Shown in pieces: positions 49,983 to 59,663 of a stretch of DNA of 64,000 bases. The stretch comes from Acidobacteriota bacterium (GTDB lineage: Bacteria > Acidobacteriota > UBA6911 > RPQK01 > JAJDTT01). The notes under the pieces were generated by a model that was not told the origin of the DNA, searched no databases, and was given only the letters and a program-made list of their open reading frames with translations. The DNA lies in assembly GCA_965263035.1 (NCBI GenBank), contig OZ253580.1, positions 1,696,001 to 1,760,000 on the forward strand, in the 5' to 3' direction. Every line of letters starts with the position of its first letter. Within the stretch, counting starts at the first letter, position 1. The position numbers and the translations under genes were made by a program.

Positions 49983-50930
49983 ATGAAACAGCATACCGTA
50001 GGCATCGACATCTCGAAAGCGCACCTGGACGCGCACCGGCTGGCCGACGGCCATTCCGCCCAGTTCGACAATGACCCGGCCGGCTTCCGGGCGCTGATTG
50101 ATTGGATCGGAACTCCGGTCGAGTGCGTCGCGTACGAGGCCACCGGTCCCTACCACCGGGACCTCGAGGAAGCGCTGTCCAAAGCGAAGCTGCCGCTGGC
50201 GAAGGTGAACCCCTGGCAGGCGCGGCGCTTCGCCGAGGCGACCGGGAGCCGCGCCAAGACCGACGCCGTAGACGCTCGGAAACTGGCCCAGCTGGCCGCC
50301 ACGCTGGAGCCGCGCCGGACCCAGGTGCCGTCCAAAACGCAACGCCGGCTCCAGGATCTGCAGACGTCCCGGGACGCGCTGATGCGCCAGCGCACGGCCG
50401 CGCTCAACCGCCGCCGACAGCTCCGCGAACCCCTGCTCAAACAGCAGAACCAGATCCAGATCAACATGTTCGAGCGCCACCTGCGCGCCATCGACCGCAA
50501 AATGCAGCAGCTGATTGCGGCCGACGAGGCGCGGGCCCGCAAGTTGGAGATCCTCACCTCCATCCCGGGGATCGCGGCCACCACCGCCGCCGGTCTGCTG
50601 GCCGAGATGCCCGAGCTGGGCGCCCTCAGCGGCAAGGCCGCCGCCAGTCTGGCCGGGTTGGCCGCCGTTCCGCGCGAGTCGGGGGCTTGGCAGGGCCGGG
50701 CCTTCATCCGGGGCGGACGGGCGCGGGCGCGACGGCTCCTGTACATGCCGGCGGTGGCCGCCCTGCGTTGGAACCCCGACTTGGCCGAGGTGTACCGGAG
50801 GCTGAGCGAGCGCGGCAAGCCCGGCAAGGTGGCCCTCGTCGCCGTCATGCGCAAGCTTATCGTCCTGGCCAACACCCTCGTCCGGCAGGACCGCACCTGG
50901 TTGCCCGTAGCGCCCCGAGCGACCTTCTGA
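49983..50930 (+). CDS. IS110-family recombinase/transposase
   Basis: DEDD RuvC-like motifs GIDISK, YEATG, KTDAVDA; SIPGI; RESG catalytic Ser; GK..KVALVAVMRKL. Confidence 0.95.
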   Translation: MKQHTVGIDISKAHLDAHRLADGHSAQFDNDPAGFRALIDWIGTPVECVAYEATGPYHRDLEEALSKAKLPLAKVNPWQARRFAEATGSRAKTDAVDARKLAQLAATLEPRRTQVPSKTQRRLQDLQTSRDALMRQRTAALNRRRQLREPLLKQQNQIQINMFERHLRAIDRKMQQLIAADEARARKLEILTSIPGIAATTAAGLLAEMPELGALSGKAAASLAGLAAVPRESGAWQGRAFIRGGRARARRLLYMPAVAALRWNPDLAEVYRRLSERGKPGKVALVAVMRKLIVLANTLVRQDRTWLPVAPRATF

Positions 50931-51386
50931 GGCCACGGAGAAACCCCGTGAGGAAAGGGAGCGTGTGGACCCCCTGATGGCCGTCTGTCGAACTTCCGGT
51001 CAAGTCTGGCCGGAAGCTTGCTTACGGCCATGAAAGCTCTTCACGCCCTGGGGAGCGCCGGGTCACCCGAAGGGTCGCAGCGAAGCGGAGGAGCCGGAGG
51101 CTTGACCCGACGCTCCCCAGGGCGTATCCGGACCTCCCGGAGGACTGACGTCGACGATCTCAGGTCCCTCGATCCAGTTATCGGTCCACTCATCGCCCCC
51201 TGCACGGCGCCCGGCGGATCCAGCTCGATCTCCGCCTCACCTCCGGCGGAAGAACGCTCCTCCTAACCCTGTGCCCTTTGGACCGGACAGATCACGTACT
51301 AACGACACGGGATGGAAACACCGATTAGCACCCACCACTTGCAACATGGATACTCCCATTTGGCGGCAAGAAAGTCGCCGCTCCCG

Positions 51387-51998
51387 CTACGCGACGATCT
51401 GCAGGCCGTATTCCCGGGCCGAGTGATGGAGCCATAGGCCCAGATAGTCGGCGAAGCTGCGGCGGACGATCACGTCGAAGGACTGGGAGTCGGAACCTTT
51501 GCCCCTGGGAATCAGTACGACTCCGGCCTTGCCCAGATTGGTCTGGGCACATTGGCCGGGGGAGGAGCTCCTGGGGTGCAGGTCCAGAGTGCATCCCTTG
51601 GCCAGAAGTTCCCGCCTCCGGGGGCCGGAAACGTTCACCAGGGTGTAGCCACCCGTGGTGTCGACGGCAGAGGCGTGGTGCTCCCCCAGAGCCTCCCTCA
51701 GGTCAGTCACGCACCGGGTCTGCGCGCCGGGACGGAGGACGAGCAACCACTCGTCGGGGCCCATCCAGCAGACGGTGACGTCCTCGCCTTCGGCGATGGT
51801 GTTGGGATCGACCGGGAGGCCCATGTCCAGAACTCCCTCCACCGCGGCCAGAAATGGTGCATCGCCGGCATCGCCCCGCAGATTCACGTAGCCCAGAAAG
51901 GGCCGCTCAGTGAGTACGACGCCAGGACTGCCGGTGTCTCCCGCGGCTGTGCTCGACAGGACCCCGACAAAGGGGGACTCTTGCCTGAGGTCAGACAT
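51387..51998 (-). CDS. soxG: Sarcosine oxidase gamma subunit
   Basis: VNLRG, WMGPDEWL, KGCTLDLHP, VRRSFADY. Last gene of the operon. Confidence 0.92.
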   Translation of the reverse strand: MSDLRQESPFVGVLSSTAAGDTGSPGVVLTERPFLGYVNLRGDAGDAPFLAAVEGVLDMGLPVDPNTIAEGEDVTVCWMGPDEWLLVLRPGAQTRCVTDLREALGEHHASAVDTTGGYTLVNVSGPRRRELLAKGCTLDLHPRSSSPGQCAQTNLGKAGVVLIPRGKGSDSQSFDVIVRRSFADYLGLWLHHSAREYGLQIVA

Positions 51999-54996
51999 TC
52001 TGTCTCTCTCCCCCCGGGTCGTAGAAGACCGGGTCGGCGATCCTGGCGGCGATGGTCCTGCCGTCGAAGTTCTGGACGTGGACGGTCTCGCCCATTCGCC
52101 CGTGTCCCCCCTTGACCAGTCCCAGAGCGACGGAGCGCTCCAGGGCGGCGCTGTAGTAGGACGACGTCACGTGGCCCAGCATGGGCCGGGGCAGAGGCGC
52201 CGACGGATCGTCCACGATCTGCCCCCCCTCGGGCAGCACCTCCTGCGGGTCTTCGGTCAACAGCCCGACGAACTGCTTGCGGTCCTTCCGGACCAGGTAG
52301 GAGCGGAAGAGGGACCGCTTTCCCAGGAAGTCCTTGTTCTTCCCCAGCATCCGTTCCATGCCCAGATCCACGGGCGTGACCGAGCCGTCCGTATCCTGGC
52401 CCACGATGATGTACCCCTTCTCGGCCCGGAGGACGTGCATCGCCTCGGTGCCGTAGGGGGTGATTCCGTACTCCTCCCCCGCATCCATGACCGCTTCCCA
52501 GACGTGGCGCCCAAAGTTGGCGTTGACGTTGACCTCGTAGGTCAGCTCCCCCGTGAAGCTGATTCGGAAGATCCGTGCCGGTACGCCGGCGACCGTGCCC
52601 TCCCGGAGGGCCATGAAGGGGAAGGATTCCCGGCTGAGATCCACGTCGGAACAGAGCTTGCGGAGGACGCGGCGGCTGTCGGGTCCACAGACCGAAACGG
52701 TCGCCCAATGGTCGGTCACGGACGTCATGTAGACCTGCAACTCGGGCCACTCGGTCTGGAGCCAGAGCTCCAGCCAGGACATGACGTGGGCCGCACCGCC
52801 GGTGGTGGTGTGCATCAGGTAGTGGTTCTCGCCGAGCCGGGCCGTCACCCCGTCGTCCATGAGCATGCCGTTTTCATCCAGCATGAGACCGTACCGGCAG
52901 CGTCCCACGGGGACCTTCAGGAAGGGGTTGGTGTAGACGCGATTCAGAAAGACGTTGGCATCGGGCCCCTGGATGTCGATCTTCCCCAACGTCGAGGCGT
53001 CCAGCACACCGACGCGGCGGCGCACCGCGAGACACTCCCGGTCGACGGCCTCGTGCAGCGACTCGCCCGGTCTCGGGAAGTACCACGGCCGCTTCCATTG
53101 GCCCACGGTCTCGAAGAGAGCCCCCTGCTGGACGTGCCACTCGTGGATGGCCGTCTTGCGGACGGGATCGAACAGGTCCCGTTGCTCCCCTCCCGAGAGG
53201 GCGGCGAAGGTGACGGGAGTGTACATGGGCCGAAACGTGGTGGTGCCGATGGAGCCGGGGTCGGTCTGGTGATGGCCGGCCAGGATGGCGATGCCGTTGA
53301 CGTTCCCCAGCCTGCCCTGGTCGGGACCCATGCCCAGGTTGGTGTACCGCTTGACGTACTCGATGGAATCGTAACCCTCCCGTGCCGCGGTCAGAATGTC
53401 GGCGGAGGAAACGTCCATGAGGGGGTCGACGAACTGCTTGGGGGCCCGCGAAACGGGTTTCACGGCCGGAACGATCCAGAGCGGGCGGATCGAGTCTCCC
53501 TCCTTGGCTTCCACCCGTGGGATCGGCCGCGAGAGCACGCCGTCGCCGTGGCCTGCGGCGTGAGCCGCTTCGGCACCTGCCCGGAATCCCTCGGTGACGC
53601 AGGCTCCCAGCTCGAAACTCCCTCTACAGGCACCCGCCGACCGCTCCGCCTGGACGGACGCGCCTGGAACGAAACCGGCCTGCTTGGAGTCATAGACCGG
53701 GCGTGCGCCCGACTGGGCGTGGAGCTGGACGGTTGGGCTCCAGCCGCCGGAGACGGCCAGCAGGTCGCACTCCAGACGACGGACTCGACCCGAAACGGAC
53801 CCGCCGTCCCCGCTCAGGGTCATGAGCTGCACTCCCCGAATCCTCTTCGTCCCCCGGACGTCGATGACGGCGTGCCGGTTAATGACCTCCAAGCCCCGCT
53901 CTCGCGCCTCGGCGCTCCGATGGCCGGCCGGCCGTGCATCCACGACGGCTTCCACCTTCGCTCCCGCATCCAGCAGGTCGAAAGCCGTCCGGTAGGCGCT
54001 GTCGTTGGTGGTGAAGACCACGACTCGGGACCCCGGAAGGACCCCGTACCGGTGGATGTATTCCGAGACCCCGGAAGCCAGCATGACGCCGGGCCGGTCG
54101 TTGTTGCAGAAGACCAGGGGGCGCTCGATGGCGCCCGTGGCCAGCACGACCTGCCTGGCCCGGATCCGCCAGAGCCGCTGACGCGGGCCTTGGCCCTCAC
54201 CCGGAGGAAGGTGGTCCGTCCGGCGCTCCAGCGCCAGCAGGAAGTTGTGCTCGTAGTAACCCGCCGCGGTGGTCCGAGTCAGCACCTGGACCTCCGGCAG
54301 AGAAGCCAGCTCCTCGAATCTCAGACCGGCCCACTGCCAAGCCGGAGCCTGATCGATCCGGTCGCTGCTCCCGATGAGCGTACCTCCCGACTCCGTTCGT
54401 TCGTCGATGAGGATCACGCGGGCCCCGGTCCGTCCCGCTGCCAGGGCGGCGGCCAAGCCGGCGGGGCCGGCTCCCACGACCAGCACGTCGCAGTGGGCGT
54501 TCATGTGATCGTAGTCGTCGGGATCGGCGTCCGCCGGGACCACGCCGAATCCGGCCGCTTTGCGGATATGATGCTCGTACTGCCGCCAGGAACCCGCCGG
54601 CCACATGAAGGTCTTGTAGTAGAAGCCGGGCGGCATGAAGCGCGCGAACCAACCGTGGACGGCCCGCAGGTCGAACCCGACGCTGGGGAAGACGTTGACG
54701 CTTCGGGCCGCCAGACCGTCATAGAGCTCCACCTGGGTGGCCACCAGGTTGGGCAGGGAGCGGGCTCCCTCTCCCACTTGGACCAGCGCGTTGGACTCCT
54801 CCACGCCTGCGGCGACGATGCCCCGGGGCCGGTGATACTTCAGGCTCCGAGCCACCAGGTGAACGCCGTTGGCCAGCAGCCCTGAGGCCAGCGTGTCTCC
54901 CCGGAATGCGGGGTAGTCGCGGCCGTTGAAGGTGAACGTCAGCGGTTGGTTCCGGTCGATCCGGCCACCGGTGGCAAGACGATGGGACTGGCTCAT
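51991..54996 (-). CDS. soxA: Sarcosine oxidase alpha subunit
   Basis: GDTLAS.LLANG, KYHRPRG, GAGPAGL, KRYT, GcvT-like C-terminus (LDASTLGKI, FYDP.GER). Confidence 0.95.
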   Translation of the reverse strand: MSQSHRLATGGRIDRNQPLTFTFNGRDYPAFRGDTLASGLLANGVHLVARSLKYHRPRGIVAAGVEESNALVQVGEGARSLPNLVATQVELYDGLAARSVNVFPSVGFDLRAVHGWFARFMPPGFYYKTFMWPAGSWRQYEHHIRKAAGFGVVPADADPDDYDHMNAHCDVLVVGAGPAGLAAALAAGRTGARVILIDERTESGGTLIGSSDRIDQAPAWQWAGLRFEELASLPEVQVLTRTTAAGYYEHNFLLALERRTDHLPPGEGQGPRQRLWRIRARQVVLATGAIERPLVFCNNDRPGVMLASGVSEYIHRYGVLPGSRVVVFTTNDSAYRTAFDLLDAGAKVEAVVDARPAGHRSAEARERGLEVINRHAVIDVRGTKRIRGVQLMTLSGDGGSVSGRVRRLECDLLAVSGGWSPTVQLHAQSGARPVYDSKQAGFVPGASVQAERSAGACRGSFELGACVTEGFRAGAEAAHAAGHGDGVLSRPIPRVEAKEGDSIRPLWIVPAVKPVSRAPKQFVDPLMDVSSADILTAAREGYDSIEYVKRYTNLGMGPDQGRLGNVNGIAILAGHHQTDPGSIGTTTFRPMYTPVTFAALSGGEQRDLFDPVRKTAIHEWHVQQGALFETVGQWKRPWYFPRPGESLHEAVDRECLAVRRRVGVLDASTLGKIDIQGPDANVFLNRVYTNPFLKVPVGRCRYGLMLDENGMLMDDGVTARLGENHYLMHTTTGGAAHVMSWLELWLQTEWPELQVYMTSVTDHWATVSVCGPDSRRVLRKLCSDVDLSRESFPFMALREGTVAGVPARIFRISFTGELTYEVNVNANFGRHVWEAVMDAGEEYGITPYGTEAMHVLRAEKGYIIVGQDTDGSVTPVDLGMERMLGKNKDFLGKRSLFRSYLVRKDRKQFVGLLTEDPQEVLPEGGQIVDDPSAPLPRPMLGHVTSSYYSAALERSVALGLVKGGHGRMGETVHVQNFDGRTIAARIADPVFYDPGGERQNV

Positions 54997-55274
54997 CCCG
55001 TCGCTCCCGGAGGCGGCTCGCCTGACTTGTACACCGACTTGATCCGGTTGGTCACGGTGTCCCGCTGGACGTTGAAATATCGCCGGCAGCCCGAGGCGTG
55101 GCACCACTGCTCCAGATGGTCCCCCCGGGTGTTCCTCCGGTAGAAGAGATAGTCGGCCCACTCTTCGTCGGTGAGCGCTTCCGGCTTCAGGGGCCGGACG
55201 ATGTGGGCTTCGCCGGAGTAGGCGAACTCCGACTCGTCGCGGGGGCCGCACCAGGGACACTCGATCAGGAGCAT
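54993..55274 (-). CDS. soxD: Sarcosine oxidase delta subunit
   Basis: MLLIECPWCGPRDE.EF, W.H..GCRRYFN..RDTVT. Confidence 0.95.
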   Translation of the reverse strand: MLLIECPWCGPRDESEFAYSGEAHIVRPLKPEALTDEEWADYLFYRRNTRGDHLEQWCHASGCRRYFNVQRDTVTNRIKSVYKSGEPPPGATG

Positions 55275-55293
55275 GGGGTTCGCTCTCCGGGCG

Positions 55294-56544
55294 TCAGTGG
55301 GCCACTCCCGCGGCGCCGTGCTCGTCGATGAGGTGCCCCGTCGCGAACCGCTCCAGCGAGAACGGCTCGTTGAGGCGATGGGGACGATTCTGCGCGATGG
55401 TGTAGGCGAAGACCCAACCCGAACCCGGCGTCGACTTGTAGCCCCCGGTCCCCCAACCGCAGTTGAAGTAGAGGCCCTTCACCGGAGTGAGGCCGATGAT
55501 GGGGCAGGCGTCCGGACAGGTGTCCACCGTGCCCGCCCACTGTCTCAGCATGCGAACGCGGCTGAATCTGGGGAACATCTCGATAATGGCGGCGATGGCG
55601 TGCTCCAGGGTGTTGGGACTGCCGCGTTGGCCATAGCCGTTGTAGGAGTCGACACCGGCGCCGCAGAGCAGTTCTCCCCGGTCGGTCTGGCTGATATAGG
55701 CGTGCACGGCGTTGGACATGATCACCACGTCCAGAATCGGCTTGAGGGGTTGGGAGACCCAGGCCTGCAGGGGACGACTCTCCAAGGGCAGCCGCATCCC
55801 GGCCATGGAGGCCAGGACTCCCGAGTTGCCTGCCGTGACGCAGCCCACCTTGCCGGCCTTGATGAGACCTCTGGAAGTCTCCACTCCGGTGACGGCCCCA
55901 TTTTCCCGGCGGAACCCCGTCACCTCGCAATTCTGGATGATGTCCACCCCCACCGAATCCGCCGCCCGGGCCAGGCCCCAGGCCAGGGCATCGTGCCGGG
56001 CCGTCCCTCCACGCCGCTGCAGGGAGGCTCCGAGGATGGGATAGCGGGCCCGGGGAGAGACGTCGATGGCCGGGACCATCTCCTTGATCTGTTCGGGCGT
56101 GAGGAATTCGCTGTCGATGCCGTTGAGGAGGTTGGCGTTGATGCGGCGCTGGATGTCCCGAAGATCCTGGAGCGTGTGTCCCAGGCTCAGCAGTCCCCGC
56201 TGGCTGAACATCAGATTGAAGTTGATCTCCTGAGTCAGGCCCTCCCAGAGCTTCAGGGAGAACTCGTAGATGTGGGCGGCCTCGTCCCAGAGGTAGTTGG
56301 ACCGGACGATCTCGGTGTTGCGCCCGGTGTTGCCGCCCCCGACGTATCCCTTCTCGAGCACGGCGACGCTGCCGACGCGGTGCTCCTTCACCAGATAGTA
56401 GGCGGTGGCGAGGCCATGGCCCCCACCCCCCACGATGACCACGTCGTACCGGGGCTTCGGGTCCGGACTCCGCCAGGCGCGCTGCCAGTTCTCGTGATAG
56501 GTGAGGGCGTTCCGGGCCAGACTGAGGAAGGAGTACTTCTGCAT
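55294..56544 (-). CDS. soxB: Sarcosine oxidase beta subunit
   Basis: [22 protein letters not shown]...[30 protein letters not shown]. Confidence 0.95.
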   Translation of the reverse strand: MQKYSFLSLARNALTYHENWQRAWRSPDPKPRYDVVIVGGGGHGLATAYYLVKEHRVGSVAVLEKGYVGGGNTGRNTEIVRSNYLWDEAAHIYEFSLKLWEGLTQEINFNLMFSQRGLLSLGHTLQDLRDIQRRINANLLNGIDSEFLTPEQIKEMVPAIDVSPRARYPILGASLQRRGGTARHDALAWGLARAADSVGVDIIQNCEVTGFRRENGAVTGVETSRGLIKAGKVGCVTAGNSGVLASMAGMRLPLESRPLQAWVSQPLKPILDVVIMSNAVHAYISQTDRGELLCGAGVDSYNGYGQRGSPNTLEHAIAAIIEMFPRFSRVRMLRQWAGTVDTCPDACPIIGLTPVKGLYFNCGWGTGGYKSTPGSGWVFAYTIAQNRPHRLNEPFSLERFATGHLIDEHGAAGVAH

Positions 56545-56615
56545 CGGGAAGCGCAGATTATACCCAAAGGGGGTGGGCCGGGCTATGAATCGGGGGGAGG
56601 AACAGCCCTACTTAT

Positions 56616-56696
56616 GGAGGGTCGACTTTTTAGTCGTCCGATCCTTTTTGGGCGTATTGTGACTCTGGAGTTCGGCGGCTGGAAAGCCGCCGCTCC
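56616..56696. repeat. REPIN overlapping the 3' end of a PhyH gene
   Basis: GGAG-GGTCGACTTTTTAGTCGTCC ... CGGCGGCTGGAAAGCCGCCG-CTCC. Confidence 0.75.
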
Positions 56697-57706
56697 TGGG
56701 CGTCCAGCCGTGTCAGCAGAGTTTGGGCCCGGGTGCGCTTGTCCGGATTGAGATCCCGGGCGACGATGCGCTGCAGGGTCGAGCGGGCCAGCTCGTCCCC
56801 TTTTTCCGCCATCTCCATGGCCAGTACGTCGCGACGTTCGAAATAGCTGGGGTCGTAGTCCACGATCCGGGGATCCCAATCCTTCCAATAGTACTGAAAT
56901 TCGCCGGAAGTCCAGTTCGCGTAGATCTCTTCCCAACTCAACCCGTCGACACCCATATGCGGCGTCAGGCTGTCCCGGGTGATGGGATCGCTTCTCTTCT
57001 GGTAGCGGCCGTCAATGGACAGACGCATGCGTTCTCCCCGGTTCGGGACCCCCCGGTGCGCCGCCAGGCTATGGAAGAAAAGGACGTCACCTTGCTGGAA
57101 ACTGTTGCCCACCCAGCCATCTCCCAGGTCGTCGATGATCTCGAAACCGCCGGCGCCCAGGGCCGGCTTGATTTCGTAGACCCCGCCCAGGTGTGAGCCG
57201 GCGGCAATCTGCAGCCCACCCATCTCTTCCGGCAGGTCCGACAGCGGGAGCCAGGCGGTGTAGGTCTCTTCGGTCCCCTGGATCGGGATGAAGTCCTGGT
57301 GCGCCTTGGTCGTGTAAGCGTTGCGCTGCGGAAACATGAAGCGTCCGATGATGCGCGGATGGTGAATGACCGGCTCTCCGAGCATCCGTTCCAGCAACCC
57401 CAGGATGCGGGGGTGGTGCGGCAGTGCGTGGAAGTCCTGGAGCCGGTAGAACTGCTCGTAGACCTCCATGTATTTCGGCTCCGGCTCGACGCAGAACCCG
57501 GTCAGGTCGGCGACACCTTCCTCTATGGGCACTTGAGTGCTGACCCAGCCGTTGGCGGCCGCGATTTCGAGAAACTGTATGCGCAGGGATTCCAACGGTT
57601 CCGACGGCAGTAGACCACGCACGAACAGATAGCCGTCTCTTTTCATGCGGCGGGCCAGTTCGGGACCGTCGCCGACCACACCGGAAGAGTCTAAAAAGGG
57701 TTTCAT
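56630..57706 (-). CDS. PhyH-family Fe(II)/2-oxoglutarate dioxygenase
   Basis: DGYLFVRGLL, HQD, TAWLPL, GGL.I.AGSH, GDVLFFH...H, R.S.D.RY. Confidence 0.9.
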   Translation of the reverse strand: MKPFLDSSGVVGDGPELARRMKRDGYLFVRGLLPSEPLESLRIQFLEIAAANGWVSTQVPIEEGVADLTGFCVEPEPKYMEVYEQFYRLQDFHALPHHPRILGLLERMLGEPVIHHPRIIGRFMFPQRNAYTTKAHQDFIPIQGTEETYTAWLPLSDLPEEMGGLQIAAGSHLGGVYEIKPALGAGGFEIIDDLGDGWVGNSFQQGDVLFFHSLAAHRGVPNRGERMRLSIDGRYQKRSDPITRDSLTPHMGVDGLSWEEIYANWTSGEFQYYWKDWDPRIVDYDPSYFERRDVLAMEMAEKGDELARSTLQRIVARDLNPDKRTRAQTLLTRLDAQERRLSSRRTPESQYAQKGSDD

Positions 57707-57883
57707 GACGGGGCGCTCCGGACTGAGGTTTCAGCTTCGTTATTCGAGCATGTTAGAATCCGACGCCAAACTTGAGAATATCCTACCTCGAATTTCTTCT
57801 TAAAGACACATTTGGACAATGGTTTGTCCTATTGCGACACCCTCGAAAAACCCGGAAACACCGGTTGGAAAGAGAGGCCCGAA

Positions 57884-59605
57884 ATGACTTCGCCGACGCG
57901 ACTATTCCCTTGCCTACTCCTGCTTCTCTCGGCCTGCTCGGCTCCTGGCTCCGATCCCGCCGGTCCATCGCAACCCGTTCACAAAATTGTCGATGAGAGC
58001 AAAGTACCCGTCCCCATGCAGGACGGCGTCAACCTGGCCGCCCACGTCTACCGTCCCGATGCGCCCGGCAAGTTTCCGGCGCTCATGCTGTTGAGATATT
58101 TTCGGGCTCCCTTCCAGAATGAACACGCCGAGTACTTCGCCAAGAGAGGTTATGCCGTCGCCCTGGTGGATTCCCGGGGGCGCTACGATTCCGGCGGGAA
58201 ATGGGTTCCCTACGTGAACGAACCCCGCGATGGCTATGACGCCCAGCAGTGGCTCGGTCAACAACCATGGTCGAACGGAGAGATCGGCACCATGGGGATC
58301 TCCTACAACGGTTTCACGCAGGTGATGCCGGCGCCACTGGGCAGCCCCTACCTGAAGTGTCTGGTGCCGCGCGAGAACCAACAGACCAACTTCGGACACC
58401 TCTACAACGACGGCGTCATGCAGTTGAACGTGGTCTTCGAGTTCGGGCTCTTCACCAAGCAGGGCTCCCAGACCCAGAAGATCCTGCCTTCGGAAGATCC
58501 CCACTATCGCCGGCTGCCCCTGCTGGCGGCCGTAGACGAGTTCCCGCAGGTCGAGCACGTGAAGGACTGGTTCGCCCATGCCAAATACGACCATTACTGG
58601 CAGTCCTACGGGATCAAGGAGAAGTACGGCAAGATCCAGGTCCCGGCCTACTTCATGACCGGCTGGTACGACAATCTCGTCCACGAGGGCTGGAGGAACT
58701 TCAAGGGCTTCACCGAAGAGGGCGCAACCGAAGCGGCCCGCCAAGGCACGAAGATCCTGGTCGGTCCCTGGGAACACGGGGGGACCAACTCCTATCCCGA
58801 GCTGCTCGATGTCGAGTTGAGGTGGTACGACTATTGGCTCAAGGGGATCCGGAACGGGATCGGCACCGAGCCCCCCATCAAGATCTTCGTCATGGGTCCT
58901 GACGTCTGGCGCTTCGAGAACGAGTGGCCGCTGGCCCGGACCCAGTTCACCAAGTACTACATCCGCAGCTCGGGCAAGGCAAACGGAGACCAGGGGGACG
59001 GTACTCTGGCGTCTTCACCGGCCCAGGACGAGCCCCCGGACCGCTACGCCTACGATCCGGAAGACCCGGTGCCGACTCTGGGAGGACAGATCTCGACTCA
59101 CAAGGAAATTCGCGGTCGGAAAGACAGAAGCTCGGTTCAGAGCCGGAAGGATATCCTGGTCTACACTTCCGAACCGCTGGAACAGGACATGGAGGTCACC
59201 GGCCCGGTCGCGTTCAAGCTTTTCGCGGCCTCCAGCGCCGTGGACACCGACTGGACGGCCACGCTGAGCGACCTCGGTCCCGACGGCCAGGCGATTCACG
59301 TCTGCGAGGGGATTCGGGGAGCGCGCTTCCGGGATTCCCTGGAAACTCCGGCGCTGATCGAACCGGGGAAGGTCTACGAGTACAACATCAGCTTGTGGGA
59401 GACCAGCTACGTTTTCAAGGCGGGACATCGGATCCGCCTGGAAATCTCGAGCAGCAACTTTCCCCGGTTTGCCCGCAATCAGAATATCGGCGAGCCGCTG
59501 GGGACGAGTGACCAACTCGTCGTGGCCAAACAGACCATCTACCACGACGCCCAATACCCGTCCCATCTGGTGCTCCCCGTGATTCCATCCGGGAGCGGGG
59601 ATTGA
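57884..59605 (+). CDS. CocE/NonD family hydrolase, lipoprotein
   Basis: LLLSAC lipobox, VPMQDGV.LAA, GISYNG, GPWEH, SSSNFPRF.RN. Confidence 0.92.
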   Translation: MTSPTRLFPCLLLLLSACSAPGSDPAGPSQPVHKIVDESKVPVPMQDGVNLAAHVYRPDAPGKFPALMLLRYFRAPFQNEHAEYFAKRGYAVALVDSRGRYDSGGKWVPYVNEPRDGYDAQQWLGQQPWSNGEIGTMGISYNGFTQVMPAPLGSPYLKCLVPRENQQTNFGHLYNDGVMQLNVVFEFGLFTKQGSQTQKILPSEDPHYRRLPLLAAVDEFPQVEHVKDWFAHAKYDHYWQSYGIKEKYGKIQVPAYFMTGWYDNLVHEGWRNFKGFTEEGATEAARQGTKILVGPWEHGGTNSYPELLDVELRWYDYWLKGIRNGIGTEPPIKIFVMGPDVWRFENEWPLARTQFTKYYIRSSGKANGDQGDGTLASSPAQDEPPDRYAYDPEDPVPTLGGQISTHKEIRGRKDRSSVQSRKDILVYTSEPLEQDMEVTGPVAFKLFAASSAVDTDWTATLSDLGPDGQAIHVCEGIRGARFRDSLETPALIEPGKVYEYNISLWETSYVFKAGHRIRLEISSSNFPRFARNQNIGEPLGTSDQLVVAKQTIYHDAQYPSHLVLPVIPSGSGD

Positions 59606-59663
59606 CGCGGGGCCGGACCCAATTCCCTTCCCTCACACGGAACCTGACCATGGAGACAGGCGC

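Larger units (their letters stand above)
49803..51354 (+). mobile_element. IS110-family element inserted at a CT core within a REP (1552 bp)
   Basis: CT at both ends (49801-49802, 51353-51354). Removal restores the REP unit. No TIR or TSD. Confidence 0.92.

Noticed and set aside
51018-51266. 82-aa ORF in the IS110 right end
   Set aside because: No RBS or motif, low-complexity composition, and it overlaps strong hairpins.
49752-51385. Short tandem palindromic repeats as a CRISPR array
   Set aside because: Only three units with no unique spacers and no cas genes; they match the dispersed REP family.
57814-57829. GGACAA-N4-TTGTCC palindrome in a divergent promoter region
   Set aside because: Single 6-bp arm with no second copy or nearby regulator; too weak to call.
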